A stretch of 64,000 nt of DNA from an uncultured Planctomycetota bacterium. GTDB taxonomy: Bacteria; Planctomycetota; Phycisphaerae; Tepidisphaerales; Tepidisphaeraceae. A program made the translations under genes and the position numbers. The first letter of the stretch is position 1. Each line of letters opens with the position of its first letter. The notes beneath the pieces were generated by a model. That model saw only the letters and a program-made list of their open reading frames with translations, ran no database searches and was not told where the DNA came from. This document shows, one piece after another, positions 19,297 to 28,480 of this stretch. Where the stretch lies: positions 352,001 through 416,000 of the forward strand of contig CAWJEN010000006.1 in the NCBI GenBank assembly GCA_963841915.1, in the 5' to 3' direction.

Positions 19297-20724
19297 TCAG
19301 GCTTTGAGTTGCTGCTCGATCCTGGCGACCTGCTGGGCGATGTCGGCGTTGGTTTCGATGAAGTTCTTGACCTGTCGAACGCCGTGGAGCACGGTGGTGT
19401 GGTCGCGACCGCCGAAGTAGCCACCGACCTCGTGCAAGCTGTAGCGGGTGTGCTTGCGAGCCAGGAACATGCACACCTGCCTTGGAAAGGCGATCGAGCG
19501 ATTGCGTCGTTTTCCTTGCAGTTCAGCCTGTTTGACGCCGTAGAACGTGCAGGCGGCCTCGATAATCGACTCGATCGTCGTCCGCCGCGGCTCGTCGACC
19601 ACCGTCTCGCCAAGAGCCTTTCGCGCCACCTCGAGGTCGATTGGACCCGGCTCTCCGTCGGGCGTGGCGTTGAGCAGGCTCATGCCCTGCAGCTTGCTGA
19701 TCGCCCCTTCGAGTTCGCGCGTGTTGGAGTCGATCCGGCCGGCGATGTAGTTGAGTACGTCATCACCCAGCTCGACGCCGCGGAGCCGTGACTTGCGCTG
19801 CAGGATGGCCACGCGTGTCTCGAAGCAAGGCTTTTCGATGCCGGTGACGAGCCCGCTGTTAAATCGACTGACAAGTCGCTCCTCAAGCTCCGGCACCTCG
19901 TTGGGCGGGCAGTCTGCCGACAGGACGATCTGCTTGCCCTGGCCGTGAAGCGTGTTGAAGGTGTGGAAGAACTCCTCCTGCGTCCGCTGGCGACCCTTGA
20001 GGAACTGGATGTCGTCGATCACCAGCACGTCAGCGCTGCGGTAGCGGAAGCGGAAGTTGTTCATGTCACCGTTCTCGACGGCGTTCATGAACTGGTTGAT
20101 GAAGGCGTCGCAGGAGAGGTACAGAATCCTCAGCGACGGGTGTTTTTCGAGGATTCTCTGGCAAATCGCCTGGAGCAGGTGCGTTTTGCCCAGCCCACAG
20201 CCGCCGTGCAGAAACAGCGGGTTGTACGCGCCGCCCGGCTTACTCGCGACGGCCACGCTGACAGCCTGGGCGAGTCGGTTGTCTGGGCCGATTACAAAGT
20301 TCTCGAACGCGTTGTCGGGCGACAAAGGCATGCCACCGATGCCGGCGGCAGTCGGATCAACCTTGGCCGGACGGTCGACGTACCCGTCGACCGTGCCCAC
20401 GACGCCTGCCGCACTGACGCTCTGGCAGTGGAACAGCACGACACTGAGCCGGTTGGTGACCGCCTGGGCGGCAGCGATGAACGCCTGCTGGCACGGGCCG
20501 GTGAGAAAGTTGAGCTGCGGGACCGACGTGCAGGTGACGTGGATCACGCCGTTGGGCAGCTGACGCGGGACGAGGTCGGTGAACCAGGTGCGATTAAGTG
20601 TCGGATTGGTCAGGCGGACGTGCGTCAGGACACGCTGCCACACGGCACGGTCCAGGAGCGGTGCCTCTCCGGCACCTGCAGAGGGTGAGAGGTCAGACAA
20701 AGGCGTGGCGGCAAGGGCAGTCAT
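19297..20724 (-). CDS. dnaA: Chromosomal replication initiator DnaA
   Basis: FENFVIG, YNPLFLHGGCGLGKTHLL, IDDIQFL, RELEGA, domain IV SLHEVGGYFGGRDHTTVLHG; alternative GTG start at 20808. Confidence 0.98.
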   Translation of the reverse strand: MTALAATPLSDLSPSAGAGEAPLLDRAVWQRVLTHVRLTNPTLNRTWFTDLVPRQLPNGVIHVTCTSVPQLNFLTGPCQQAFIAAAQAVTNRLSVVLFHCQSVSAAGVVGTVDGYVDRPAKVDPTAAGIGGMPLSPDNAFENFVIGPDNRLAQAVSVAVASKPGGAYNPLFLHGGCGLGKTHLLQAICQRILEKHPSLRILYLSCDAFINQFMNAVENGDMNNFRFRYRSADVLVIDDIQFLKGRQRTQEEFFHTFNTLHGQGKQIVLSADCPPNEVPELEERLVSRFNSGLVTGIEKPCFETRVAILQRKSRLRGVELGDDVLNYIAGRIDSNTRELEGAISKLQGMSLLNATPDGEPGPIDLEVARKALGETVVDEPRRTTIESIIEAACTFYGVKQAELQGKRRNRSIAFPRQVCMFLARKHTRYSLHEVGGYFGGRDHTTVLHGVRQVKNFIETNADIAQQVARIEQQLKA

Positions 20725-21043
20725 GGACAGTCGGGTCAACGGGGGCGATGAGACACAGCTGCCACGCCGGGCAGTTGCTTCAGGAACAAGGCGTACATTC
20801 CCGGTCACATCGGCGGTCGGTCATCACGCGTGGTGCTGCCGGTCGTCCCGGTGAGAAGTTGATCTACCTGCATCGCTTCGCTCCTTGAAGGGGTGCTGAC
20901 CACGGTTCAGGCCGAACTCACGTTGCCGACATGGGTGTCGTCACGTCGCCCTGCCACGTTTGACGCGGCAGGCTGGATTCGGCTGTTGCGGGGCGCCCGC
21001 CCCGCCTGCCATGCCTGTCGCTTTCGCCATAGGCAAGGGGTCG

Positions 21044-21071
21044 AAGATACGGACTCCCGCCAAAGATTCAA
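21044..21071 (-). promoter_or_regulatory. Possible sigma70-type promoter upstream of dnaA
   Basis: TTGAAT-16 nt-TATCTT on the minus strand. Confidence 0.4.
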
Positions 21072-21175
21072 CTGCCACGCCTCGCAAACCGACCTGACCG
21101 CCCGCATGGCCGCGCCAGACGTGTCAAGCGCCAATTTGTCCAAGGAACAACTTCCGAACGCTGCCGATTTCGCAT

Positions 21176-22117
21176 TCAGCCTTGAGACGCACCGTCCGCC
21201 AACGCTGCCATGACGAGCTTCAGATCGCCCCACACCGCCTCACGATTGGCCCGCGTGTAGCTCCGCAGCAGGTACGCCGGGTGGTACGTCGGCATGACCT
21301 TGATCCCGCGCCACGTGTGGAACTGCCCCCGCATCTTGCCCATCGCCAATTGACCGCCCAGCAGGTGACGCGTCGCAGGTAGGCCCAGCGTCACGATCAC
21401 CTTCGGGCGGATCAGGTCGATCTGCTCGTGCAGGTAAGGCGTGCAGGTGGCCGTCTCGCTCGTCGTCGGCGCGCGGTTGCCCGGCGGGCGGCACTTGACG
21501 ATGTTGGCAATGTAGACGTCGTCGCGGCTTAACTTCATGCCCGCAATCATCTTGTCGAGCAACCCGCCCGCCTTGCCTACGAACGGGCGGCCTGACAGAT
21601 CCTCGTTCTCACCCGGACCTTCGCCGATGAACAGGAGGTCGGCCTCCGGATCACCCTCGCCGAAGACGGTGTTCGTCCGGTTCTCGCAGAGCTTGCACTT
21701 CGTGCAGCCGGTCACTTCGTTAGCATCGAGTGCCCCCAGCAGCTCGATCCGCTTGCCGCGCGGTTGCGGCGGGCTGTCGAACGGCTCGAGGTCTGCACCG
21801 ATGCCCGCGGCCGGTTTGACGACCGGGTTGCCGAACAAATCAAGGGTCGGCGGTTCGGGCGACTCATCGTCGTCTTCCGGCGGCGACGGCTGGGCGGTCC
21901 GCCCTGACGTTTGCCTCGGCCGACGGGTCGGCGGTCGGGTTGCGTCGGCCGAAGCGTCAGCCGTCTCGGCAGACGTCGCCGCCGGGCTCTCGGGCGCAGC
22001 CATCGCCGCGTCGAGATCGATGGTGCCGATGACGCTACTGACGCCGAACGCCCGTTCGGCTCGCAGCGTCGTGTCCAGCCGCGCCCGTAGCGCCTGTCGT
22101 GCCTCGTCCGACGTCAT
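21176..22117 (-). CDS. Uracil-DNA glycosylase family 4 (4Fe-4S), with N-terminal extension
   Basis: CTKCKLC, VFGEG, GEGPGENED, PFVGKAG, KCRPPGNR, PTYHPAYLLR. Confidence 0.95.
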   Translation of the reverse strand: MTSDEARQALRARLDTTLRAERAFGVSSVIGTIDLDAAMAAPESPAATSAETADASADATRPPTRRPRQTSGRTAQPSPPEDDDESPEPPTLDLFGNPVVKPAAGIGADLEPFDSPPQPRGKRIELLGALDANEVTGCTKCKLCENRTNTVFGEGDPEADLLFIGEGPGENEDLSGRPFVGKAGGLLDKMIAGMKLSRDDVYIANIVKCRPPGNRAPTTSETATCTPYLHEQIDLIRPKVIVTLGLPATRHLLGGQLAMGKMRGQFHTWRGIKVMPTYHPAYLLRSYTRANREAVWGDLKLVMAALADGASQG

Positions 22118-22135
22118 GGAAGAAGCCTAAGAGCC

Positions 22136-23170
22136 TCATCGCCCGGCGTACTGCTGCTCGTAGTAGTCGCGGTACGCGCCGCTCTTGATGCTCTGCCACC
22201 AGTCGGTGTGCGTCTTGTACCACTCGACCGTCTCGGCAATCGCTTCGTCCCAGCGTCGCTTGGGCTCCCAGCCGAGCTCACGCTTGATCTTGCTCGGGTC
22301 GATCGCATACCGGCGGTCGTGGCCCTTTCGGTCCTCGACGTAAGTCACGGCCTCGTCCCAGCTTCGGCCGCACAGCTCGATGAGCTTTTCGGTGATGGCG
22401 CGGTTCGTCTGCTCGTTGTTGCCGCCGACGTTGTAGACCTCGCCGGGGGTGCCCTTCTCGAGGACGGTCAGGATCGCGTCGCAGTGGTCGCTGACGTGAA
22501 GCCAGTCGCGGATGTTGAGGCCGTCCCCGTATAGCGGGACCTGCTTGCCCTCCATGAGGTTCGTGACGAACAGCGGGATGAGCTTTTCGGGGAACTGGAA
22601 CGGGCCGTAGTTGTTGCTGCAGCGCGTGATAAGCACCGGCATCTTGTGCGTTTCGTAGTACGCACGACACAGGCAGTCGCCGCCCGCCTTGCTCGCCGAA
22701 TAGGGGCTGTTGGGCTGCAGTGGCGTTTCCTCGGTGAACATGACCTCCGGCTTGTCCTCGGGCAGCGTGCCGTAGACCTCGTCGGTGCCGACGTTGAGGA
22801 ACCGGGTGACCTCAGCCGCCTTGGACAGGTCGAGCAGGACCTGCGTGCCGACGACATTCGTCGTCACAAAGTCGGCACTGCCCAGAATCGAGCGGTCGAC
22901 GTGGCTCTCGGCCGCGAAGTGGGCGACGCGCTTAACCTTGTGCCGGTCAAAGACCTGCTTCATGGCGTCGGCGTCGCGGATGTCGGCCTTCTCGAACGTC
23001 AGCTTGCCGCCGTCGATCAGGTCGCTGATGTTCGCCAGGTTGCCGGCGTAGGTCAGCGAGTCGAGGGCGACGACGTCATCGTACCCGCGCTCAGCGAGCA
23101 TGCGGACGAAGTTGCTGCCGATGAAGCCGGCAGCGCCGGTGACGAGAAGTGTGCCAGACGAGTCGCTCAT
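22136..23170 (-). CDS. rfbB: dTDP-glucose 4,6-dehydratase
   Basis: TGAAGFIGSNF, HFAAESHVDRSI, TDEVYG, PYSASKA, CSNNYGP.QFPEKLIP, DRKGHDRRY. Confidence 0.97.
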   Translation of the reverse strand: MSDSSGTLLVTGAAGFIGSNFVRMLAERGYDDVVALDSLTYAGNLANISDLIDGGKLTFEKADIRDADAMKQVFDRHKVKRVAHFAAESHVDRSILGSADFVTTNVVGTQVLLDLSKAAEVTRFLNVGTDEVYGTLPEDKPEVMFTEETPLQPNSPYSASKAGGDCLCRAYYETHKMPVLITRCSNNYGPFQFPEKLIPLFVTNLMEGKQVPLYGDGLNIRDWLHVSDHCDAILTVLEKGTPGEVYNVGGNNEQTNRAITEKLIELCGRSWDEAVTYVEDRKGHDRRYAIDPSKIKRELGWEPKRRWDEAIAETVEWYKTHTDWWQSIKSGAYRDYYEQQYAGR

Positions 23171-23244
23171 GCACGCCAAGCATCGGCAAAACGGACCTGC
23201 ATGCCAAGCGCGTACGTCCGAATGTGCGATAAAGCCTCTGACGC

Positions 23245-24312
23245 ATGCCAAACACCCACCGCCACACCTGGGCCTTGGCCGTCGCGACCTATGAGCGGCG
23301 GGAGGATCTGTGCACCTGCGTCGAGCTGGCCCTGAGCCAGTCACGACCACCGGCCGAAGTCGTCGTGGTCGACGCGTCTCGCGACTTCGACGGCAACAAG
23401 GCGGCCATCGAAGCCGTTGTTGGTCAACAGGTGCCGCTGATCTACGTGAAGGCCCGGCGGCCCAGCGCTGCTGTCCAGCGAAACCAGTGCGCCGACCTGG
23501 CGTCGGCGGACGTAGTCTTCCTGATCGACGACGACTCGCTGCTCTTCCCGGAGGCGGCAGCCCGGGTCATGCAGGTCTACGACGCCGACGTCGAGGGCCG
23601 TGTGGCCGGGGTAGCAACAAAACTTGCCCCGACGCCGCCGCCTGTCGACGGACAACCCGTTGCCGAGCAACAGGATGAGCCTGTCGGGCCGCACGGCGGC
23701 ATCGCCTTCACCGCCTACGGCCACAACCACGGCAAGCTTGGTCAGTGGCTCCGCAAGGTGCTCAAAAGCGACCAGCTTTTCGTTCCTTACGACGATGAAT
23801 TTCCGAGCCACGAACTGACATCCGCCCTGCTCGCTCTGCCGGTCGGTCCGCGGACGCTGATGGCCGGCATGAGCATGACTGCCCGGCGGCAACTTGTTGT
23901 CGAAGAACGCTTTGACGAAGAACTTCCCGATCGCGGCCCGGAGGACAGCGACCTGTCATATCGCCTCAGTCGCCGCGGTGCGTTGCTCACGCGGTTTGAC
24001 GCCCACATCCACCACGTCGGTTCGCCCACGGGTCGTTTGGCCAGCAGCGTCCGGTCAGCGGTGGACGCGGTGGCCCCGCTGATGCTGCACGGCAAGTACT
24101 CGACCGACCGGAACCGTTCGCTGCGTCGATCTAAGTCAATGCTGCGCAGGAGGATGCTGATGGGCGTGCTCAAGGACCTGCGCTTCGGTCGCCTGTCGCT
24201 GCCGACCGCTAAGGGGTTTTGGATCGGCCTGCGGGCGGTTCAGCCGCTGCTCGGCCGACCACGCGAGGAAGCCGATCGCTGGTTCGCGGCGTGGAAGCAG
24301 CGGATCCTGTAA
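23245..24312 (+). CDS. Glycosyltransferase family 2
   Basis: ATYERREDL, EVVVVDAS, QRN, FLIDDD (DxD), EDSDLSYR. Confidence 0.85.
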   Translation: MPNTHRHTWALAVATYERREDLCTCVELALSQSRPPAEVVVVDASRDFDGNKAAIEAVVGQQVPLIYVKARRPSAAVQRNQCADLASADVVFLIDDDSLLFPEAAARVMQVYDADVEGRVAGVATKLAPTPPPVDGQPVAEQQDEPVGPHGGIAFTAYGHNHGKLGQWLRKVLKSDQLFVPYDDEFPSHELTSALLALPVGPRTLMAGMSMTARRQLVVEERFDEELPDRGPEDSDLSYRLSRRGALLTRFDAHIHHVGSPTGRLASSVRSAVDAVAPLMLHGKYSTDRNRSLRRSKSMLRRRMLMGVLKDLRFGRLSLPTAKGFWIGLRAVQPLLGRPREEADRWFAAWKQRIL

Positions 24313-24327
24313 CGCTTTGGTCAGCAG

Positions 24328-25131
24328 CTACTTCGGCCAACCAGCGCGGTTGGGATGTTTGCCGAGCGTCGCCAGGATCTCGTCCTTGACGCCTGAGCCG
24401 CAGGCGAGCCAGTCGGGGCCGTGAATGTCTTGCTTGCCGTCCCAGTTGCCCGCCCAGCCGCCTGCCTCCCGCATGATCGGAGGCATTGCGGCACAGTCCC
24501 ACGGGCTGATTTTCGGGTCGATCATCGCCTCTGCACGTCCTGTGGCCACAAGGGCGTAGCCGAACGCGTCGCCCCAGCCGCGGTTGAGTTTGGCCCGGTC
24601 GGCCAGATCGCGGTAGCCGTCGCTGCGGTCGATCGCCCGCGTGATGCTGCCGGCCAGGACGGTTGCTTGAGATAAGTCCTTGACCTGACTGCACCTGGAA
24701 CGGCGGCCGTTGTGCCAGCACCCTTCGCCGTCGGCGGCGATGATCAGCTCATCGAGGGCAGGCAGGTAGATCGCGCCGACCCGGCTGACGTCGTCGATCA
24801 GGCACGCCACGAGCGTCCCGTACAACGGCACGCCCTGGACGAAGCTCTTGGTCCCGTCGATGGGGTCGATGTACCACGTGTAGCGCGGGTCGCCTGGGTG
24901 GTCCTCGCGCTCTTCGCCCTTGATCGTGTGGTTCGGGTAGCGACGCGCAAGTTCTTCCCTGCAAGCATCTTCGACCAAGCGGTCGGCAACGGTGACGGGC
25001 GTGGCATCGTTCTTGGCTTCGACGCCTAACTGCTCGCCTTTGAGCCCGAAGTAGGCCAGCGAGCGTCGACCCGACGCAACGGCGGCGTCGGCACAAACGT
25101 CCATGAGCTCACGCAGCGAGGGTTCTGACAT
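24328..25131 (-). CDS. Inositol monophosphatase family protein (HisN-like histidinol-phosphatase)
   Basis: TPVTVADR, GEE, WYIDPIDGTKSFVQGVPLYG, WGDAFGY, PWDCAA. Confidence 0.85.
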   Translation of the reverse strand: MSEPSLRELMDVCADAAVASGRRSLAYFGLKGEQLGVEAKNDATPVTVADRLVEDACREELARRYPNHTIKGEEREDHPGDPRYTWYIDPIDGTKSFVQGVPLYGTLVACLIDDVSRVGAIYLPALDELIIAADGEGCWHNGRRSRCSQVKDLSQATVLAGSITRAIDRSDGYRDLADRAKLNRGWGDAFGYALVATGRAEAMIDPKISPWDCAAMPPIMREAGGWAGNWDGKQDIHGPDWLACGSGVKDEILATLGKHPNRAGWPK

Positions 25132-25183
25132 GGTCGCAGGCTATGCGACGGCGATGCGGGTCGACAGCGGGTAGACTGCTGGC

Positions 25184-26188
25184 GTGCTCGGACGTGTGTC
25201 CCATCGGCTGCTGGCCCTGCTCCAGCTCACGCGGATGGCGCTGGTCTTCACCGCCATCAGCAACGGCTTGGCTGCCTTGGCGTTACGTCACGCCTACGCG
25301 GGCGACGTGACGCCCAATCTCGTCGTCGCCACACTCGCCGTCGCGATCGGGCTGTACGGGTACGGGATGGCGCTCAACGACATCATCGACCGTCGGCGGG
25401 ACCGTCAGTTGCAGCAGGCCAGGCCCCTGCCGAGTGGTCGCATCGGACTCATTTCAGCCGTATTGGCCTGTGTGGTGCTGCTGGGCGTCGCTGGCGTCGG
25501 GGGTTGGATGTTCGATCACCACGACCCGACCCACGATGCAGGCCGGGCGAGCCTCCTGCTCGTGCTCATTACTGCAATTCTGATAGCGACTTACGACACG
25601 GTCGGCAAGTACCTCGTCTGGGTAGGCCTGCTCCTGTTGGGGCTCGTGCGGTTCTTCCACGCGGCCGTGCCCGCCCCGCAGCTGCCGGTCGTATGGCATC
25701 CGCTGTTCCTGCTCAATCACGTTGCGATCGTCTCGGCCGTTGCGTACCGGTGGGAGGCTAAGCGCCCACCGCTGAGCGTCTTACAGGCGACGCTGCTGGG
25801 CAGCGGGCTCCTGGTCCTCAACGTCGGCCTCGTGACGGCCTTGTTCCTGAGGCGTGGCGAGGGATTCGCCGAGTCGCTCAGGATCACGCCCGCCCTGGCC
25901 CTGCCCTGTCTGGCGGCGGTCGGGTTCGCCTTCCTCGGCCGGGCGATCAAGGCTCGCGCCAACGACCGACGGGCGGCGGGTAAGGGTCTCATCCTCTACG
26001 GGCTCTTGTGGCTCATCGTCTACGACGCCCTCTTCGTCGCCGGCTACGTCAAAGTGTGGTGGGGTGTCGTCCTTTTGGCGCTCTGGCCTACGTCATACGG
26101 CGCGGTTCGTGCGATGCGGGTATGGTCCAATGCGTTCGATTTAGCACGCCGGCCGCAGTACGTCCGCGCCGATGAAGGCACCGCCTGA
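25184..26188 (+). CDS. UbiA family prenyltransferase
   Basis: LLQLTR, GMALNDIIDRRRD...RPLPSGRI, YDTVGK; multiple TM segments. Confidence 0.85.
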   Translation: MLGRVSHRLLALLQLTRMALVFTAISNGLAALALRHAYAGDVTPNLVVATLAVAIGLYGYGMALNDIIDRRRDRQLQQARPLPSGRIGLISAVLACVVLLGVAGVGGWMFDHHDPTHDAGRASLLLVLITAILIATYDTVGKYLVWVGLLLLGLVRFFHAAVPAPQLPVVWHPLFLLNHVAIVSAVAYRWEAKRPPLSVLQATLLGSGLLVLNVGLVTALFLRRGEGFAESLRITPALALPCLAAVGFAFLGRAIKARANDRRAAGKGLILYGLLWLIVYDALFVAGYVKVWWGVVLLALWPTSYGAVRAMRVWSNAFDLARRPQYVRADEGTA

Positions 26189-26316
26189 GCGGGTGTCAGC
26201 CCGAGTTGTCATGCAGCGTCGCTTCTAATCAAGCGATAATTTTCTGCTCTTCCTACAATCTATAACTTAAAACAGAGTCATGCTGTTCATGCACGTCTCT
26301 GCTGTTCTGCTATAGT

Positions 26317-26332
26317 AGTGTGCCTCCACACT
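26317..26332. promoter_or_regulatory. Palindromic site AGTGTG-N4-CACACT (copy 1, just past the 3' end of the parA operon)
   Basis: AGTGTG CCTC CACACT; inverted relative to the copies at 28289 and 28485. Confidence 0.65.
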
Positions 26333-26341
26333 GCCCCACCG

Positions 26342-26980
26342 CTACGCCGCCTGGGCGAGCTTCGGGCCGGCCTTCTGAGCCTGGGCGCTGATGGCGTCGG
26401 CGAAGGCGTTCTTGAGGTGCTGCGGGAACTGACGAGCCGAGTCGTCGCCCCACTTGCCGCGGAGCGGGACGTCGCTGAGATCGAGCCGTCCGCGGGCGTC
26501 CCAGAGCAGGTCGACGAGGGCCTCGAACATCTCGCTGGCCTTGGCGTCGGGTTGGGGGCCGTACTCCTGGACGAGCCACAGCAGCTCGCGGGCGCGGTCG
26601 AGGGTCTCGGGCCGCATGTTGATCTGCTTGCGAGGCGGGCCGCTCCGCTCGAACTTCGACCGGGCCGACGCCGGCAAGGTGGTCGTCGACCCCCCCGCAC
26701 CGCCCTGCCCTGCCGCCTGTCTCCTGGGCGTGGTGCGACGGACGACCGGCTTTGCGGCAGGCTGCTCGGCTTCGATTGGGGCCGGTTTCGGCTCCGGGGC
26801 CGCCTCTTGTTTGACGGCCGGGGGTGTGGGGGCGTCGTCAAGATAATCGCCCAGTTGGACCGGCTGAGCCGGCTTGCGGCCGAGCATGGGCGAGCCCAAG
26901 CCGAAACCGGCCGGCAGCCCGCGGGCCTGGGCCGGGCGACGCTGCTTCGTGTCATTGGTGTCGTTCATGGACTCAGGCAA
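26342..26980 (-). CDS. ParA partner protein (non-ParB; putative RHH-like centromere-binding adaptor)
   Basis: TTG start with AGGAGG RBS overlapping the parA end; Pro/Ala-rich disordered N-half, then RKQINM-helix-helix; no ParB GxRR motif seen. Confidence 0.65.
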   Translation of the reverse strand: MPESMNDTNDTKQRRPAQARGLPAGFGLGSPMLGRKPAQPVQLGDYLDDAPTPPAVKQEAAPEPKPAPIEAEQPAAKPVVRRTTPRRQAAGQGGAGGSTTTLPASARSKFERSGPPRKQINMRPETLDRARELLWLVQEYGPQPDAKASEMFEALVDLLWDARGRLDLSDVPLRGKWGDDSARQFPQHLKNAFADAISAQAQKAGPKLAQAA

Positions 26981-27989
26981 CGGCGGCCTCCTTCTTGGTC
27001 TTGCGGGTCTGGGCGGTCGTGTGCTTGGCCACGACGTCAGGGTTGAGGGTCAGCTCGGCGGTGGGCTCGATCGTCTCGCCCCGCCGCTCGGCCTCCCACG
27101 AGTCGATGCGGCCGATGAGCTCGCGCGCAACCTTGGCAAACTGCTGGCTGGCCGGCTGGTCGGGGGCGTGCTCGAAGATCGTGCGGTTGTACACGGTCGC
27201 CTCGCGGTGCCGGACGCTGGTGTTGACCGTCGTCGAGAACAGGACGCCCTCGCCGTACGTCTCCTGCAGGCGGGCGTAGAGGTCGCGGTCGAGCCGGGCC
27301 ACATGGTTGAAGTTGCCCAGCAACACGCCCAAAAGCTCGAGGTCGGGGTTAAACCGCTGGCGGACCTTTTCGGCGGTGCGGGCCAGGTCGATGAGGCCCT
27401 TCATGTCGTAGCCGCTGGGGAACGTCGGGATCAGCAGCCAGTCTGCGGCGATCAGGCTGGTCGTCATCAGGTAGCCCAGCTCGGGCGGCGTATCGATCAC
27501 GACAAAGTCGTACCGGCCACGCAACGCGTCGAGCGACCGCTTGAGCCGGGTGCGGTGCGTGTCACGCAGTTCGTCGGCATCGAGCGGCGACGCCCCGCCG
27601 CCAGCGAGTTGGCCGTGCATGTCGGCCTCGAGCCGCTTTTCAACGGTGCCGAGACCGCGGTTGCCGGGGATGAGCGACGGCCGGATGCCGTGCGCACCGA
27701 AGGCCGGCTCTTCGCCGTCAGCGAGTGCAGGCGGGACGAAGATCTCGACCTCGGTGGCCGGCACGTCGGTGAGGTAGACGTCGGCGAGGCTCAGTCCGCC
27801 GGCGGCGGCGTGGGCGTCACGGTCGAGGCCGAGGTGATCGGTGGTGTTGCACTGCGGGTCGGTGTCGACAAGGCAGCAGGTGTAGCCGAGCTTGACGAAC
27901 GCCGCCGCCAGGGAGATTGCGGTGGTGCTTTTGCCGCAACCGCCCTTCTGGTTGGCGAGCGTGATGATCTGGGTGTGGTCGAGTTTCAT
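26973..27989 (-). CDS. parA: ParA/Soj family Walker-type ATPase
   Basis: IITLANQKGGCGKSTT, LVDTDPQCN, YDFVVIDTPP. True start is MKLDHT at 27989; the ORF-track extension is read-through of the repeat. Confidence 0.92.
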   Translation of the reverse strand: MKLDHTQIITLANQKGGCGKSTTAISLAAAFVKLGYTCCLVDTDPQCNTTDHLGLDRDAHAAAGGLSLADVYLTDVPATEVEIFVPPALADGEEPAFGAHGIRPSLIPGNRGLGTVEKRLEADMHGQLAGGGASPLDADELRDTHRTRLKRSLDALRGRYDFVVIDTPPELGYLMTTSLIAADWLLIPTFPSGYDMKGLIDLARTAEKVRQRFNPDLELLGVLLGNFNHVARLDRDLYARLQETYGEGVLFSTTVNTSVRHREATVYNRTIFEHAPDQPASQQFAKVARELIGRIDSWEAERRGETIEPTAELTLNPDVVAKHTTAQTRKTKKEAAVA

Positions 27990-28152
27990 GCTGCTGTGCC
28001 TGGTGACTGCTGTGCCGATGGGCCGTCGTCGGTGTTGACCGGTGGTCCGTCGCGGCGGCGTCCTGCCATGCCACGGGACCACAGGTGTGTTATCGGCCGA
28101 CACCGGCGGGCGGCTCCAGTGGTGGCGCGGAAGAACGGGGTGGGGGTCAGAA

Positions 28153-28304
28153 GGCACGGAGGCACGGAGGCACGGAGGCACGGAGGCACGGAGGCACGGA
28201 GGCACGGAGGCACGGAGGCACGGAGGCACGGAGGCACGGAGGCACGGAGGTGCGGAGGCACGGAGGTGCGGAGGTGCGGAGGTGCGGCAGTATGGAGGCA
28301 CACT
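28153..28304. repeat. 8-bp tandem array (GGCACGGA)12 plus degenerate GGTGCGGA units, upstream of parA
   Basis: 12 perfect units at 28153-28248, then GGTGCGGA/GGCACGGA variants ending in the palindrome at 28289-28304. Confidence 0.95.
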
Positions 28305-28480
28305 GTTGCAGTGGCGTGCGGATACGCCGGGATGCTGGTCCGGCGGATCAGCGGTCGGCTGCGATGGCGGATCAGGTGGCTGCCGGTCGGCTGCTGAAGC
28401 GGTGCTGCGGTGGGCCAGTGCTCCTCTGGGTGATCCGCTGCAGCGGTCGACCTGTTGGCGGCCATGGCAGCGTGGCACTG

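Noticed and set aside
28153..28304. CRISPR array
   Set aside because: Contiguous 8-bp units without unique spacers, and no cas genes in the window.
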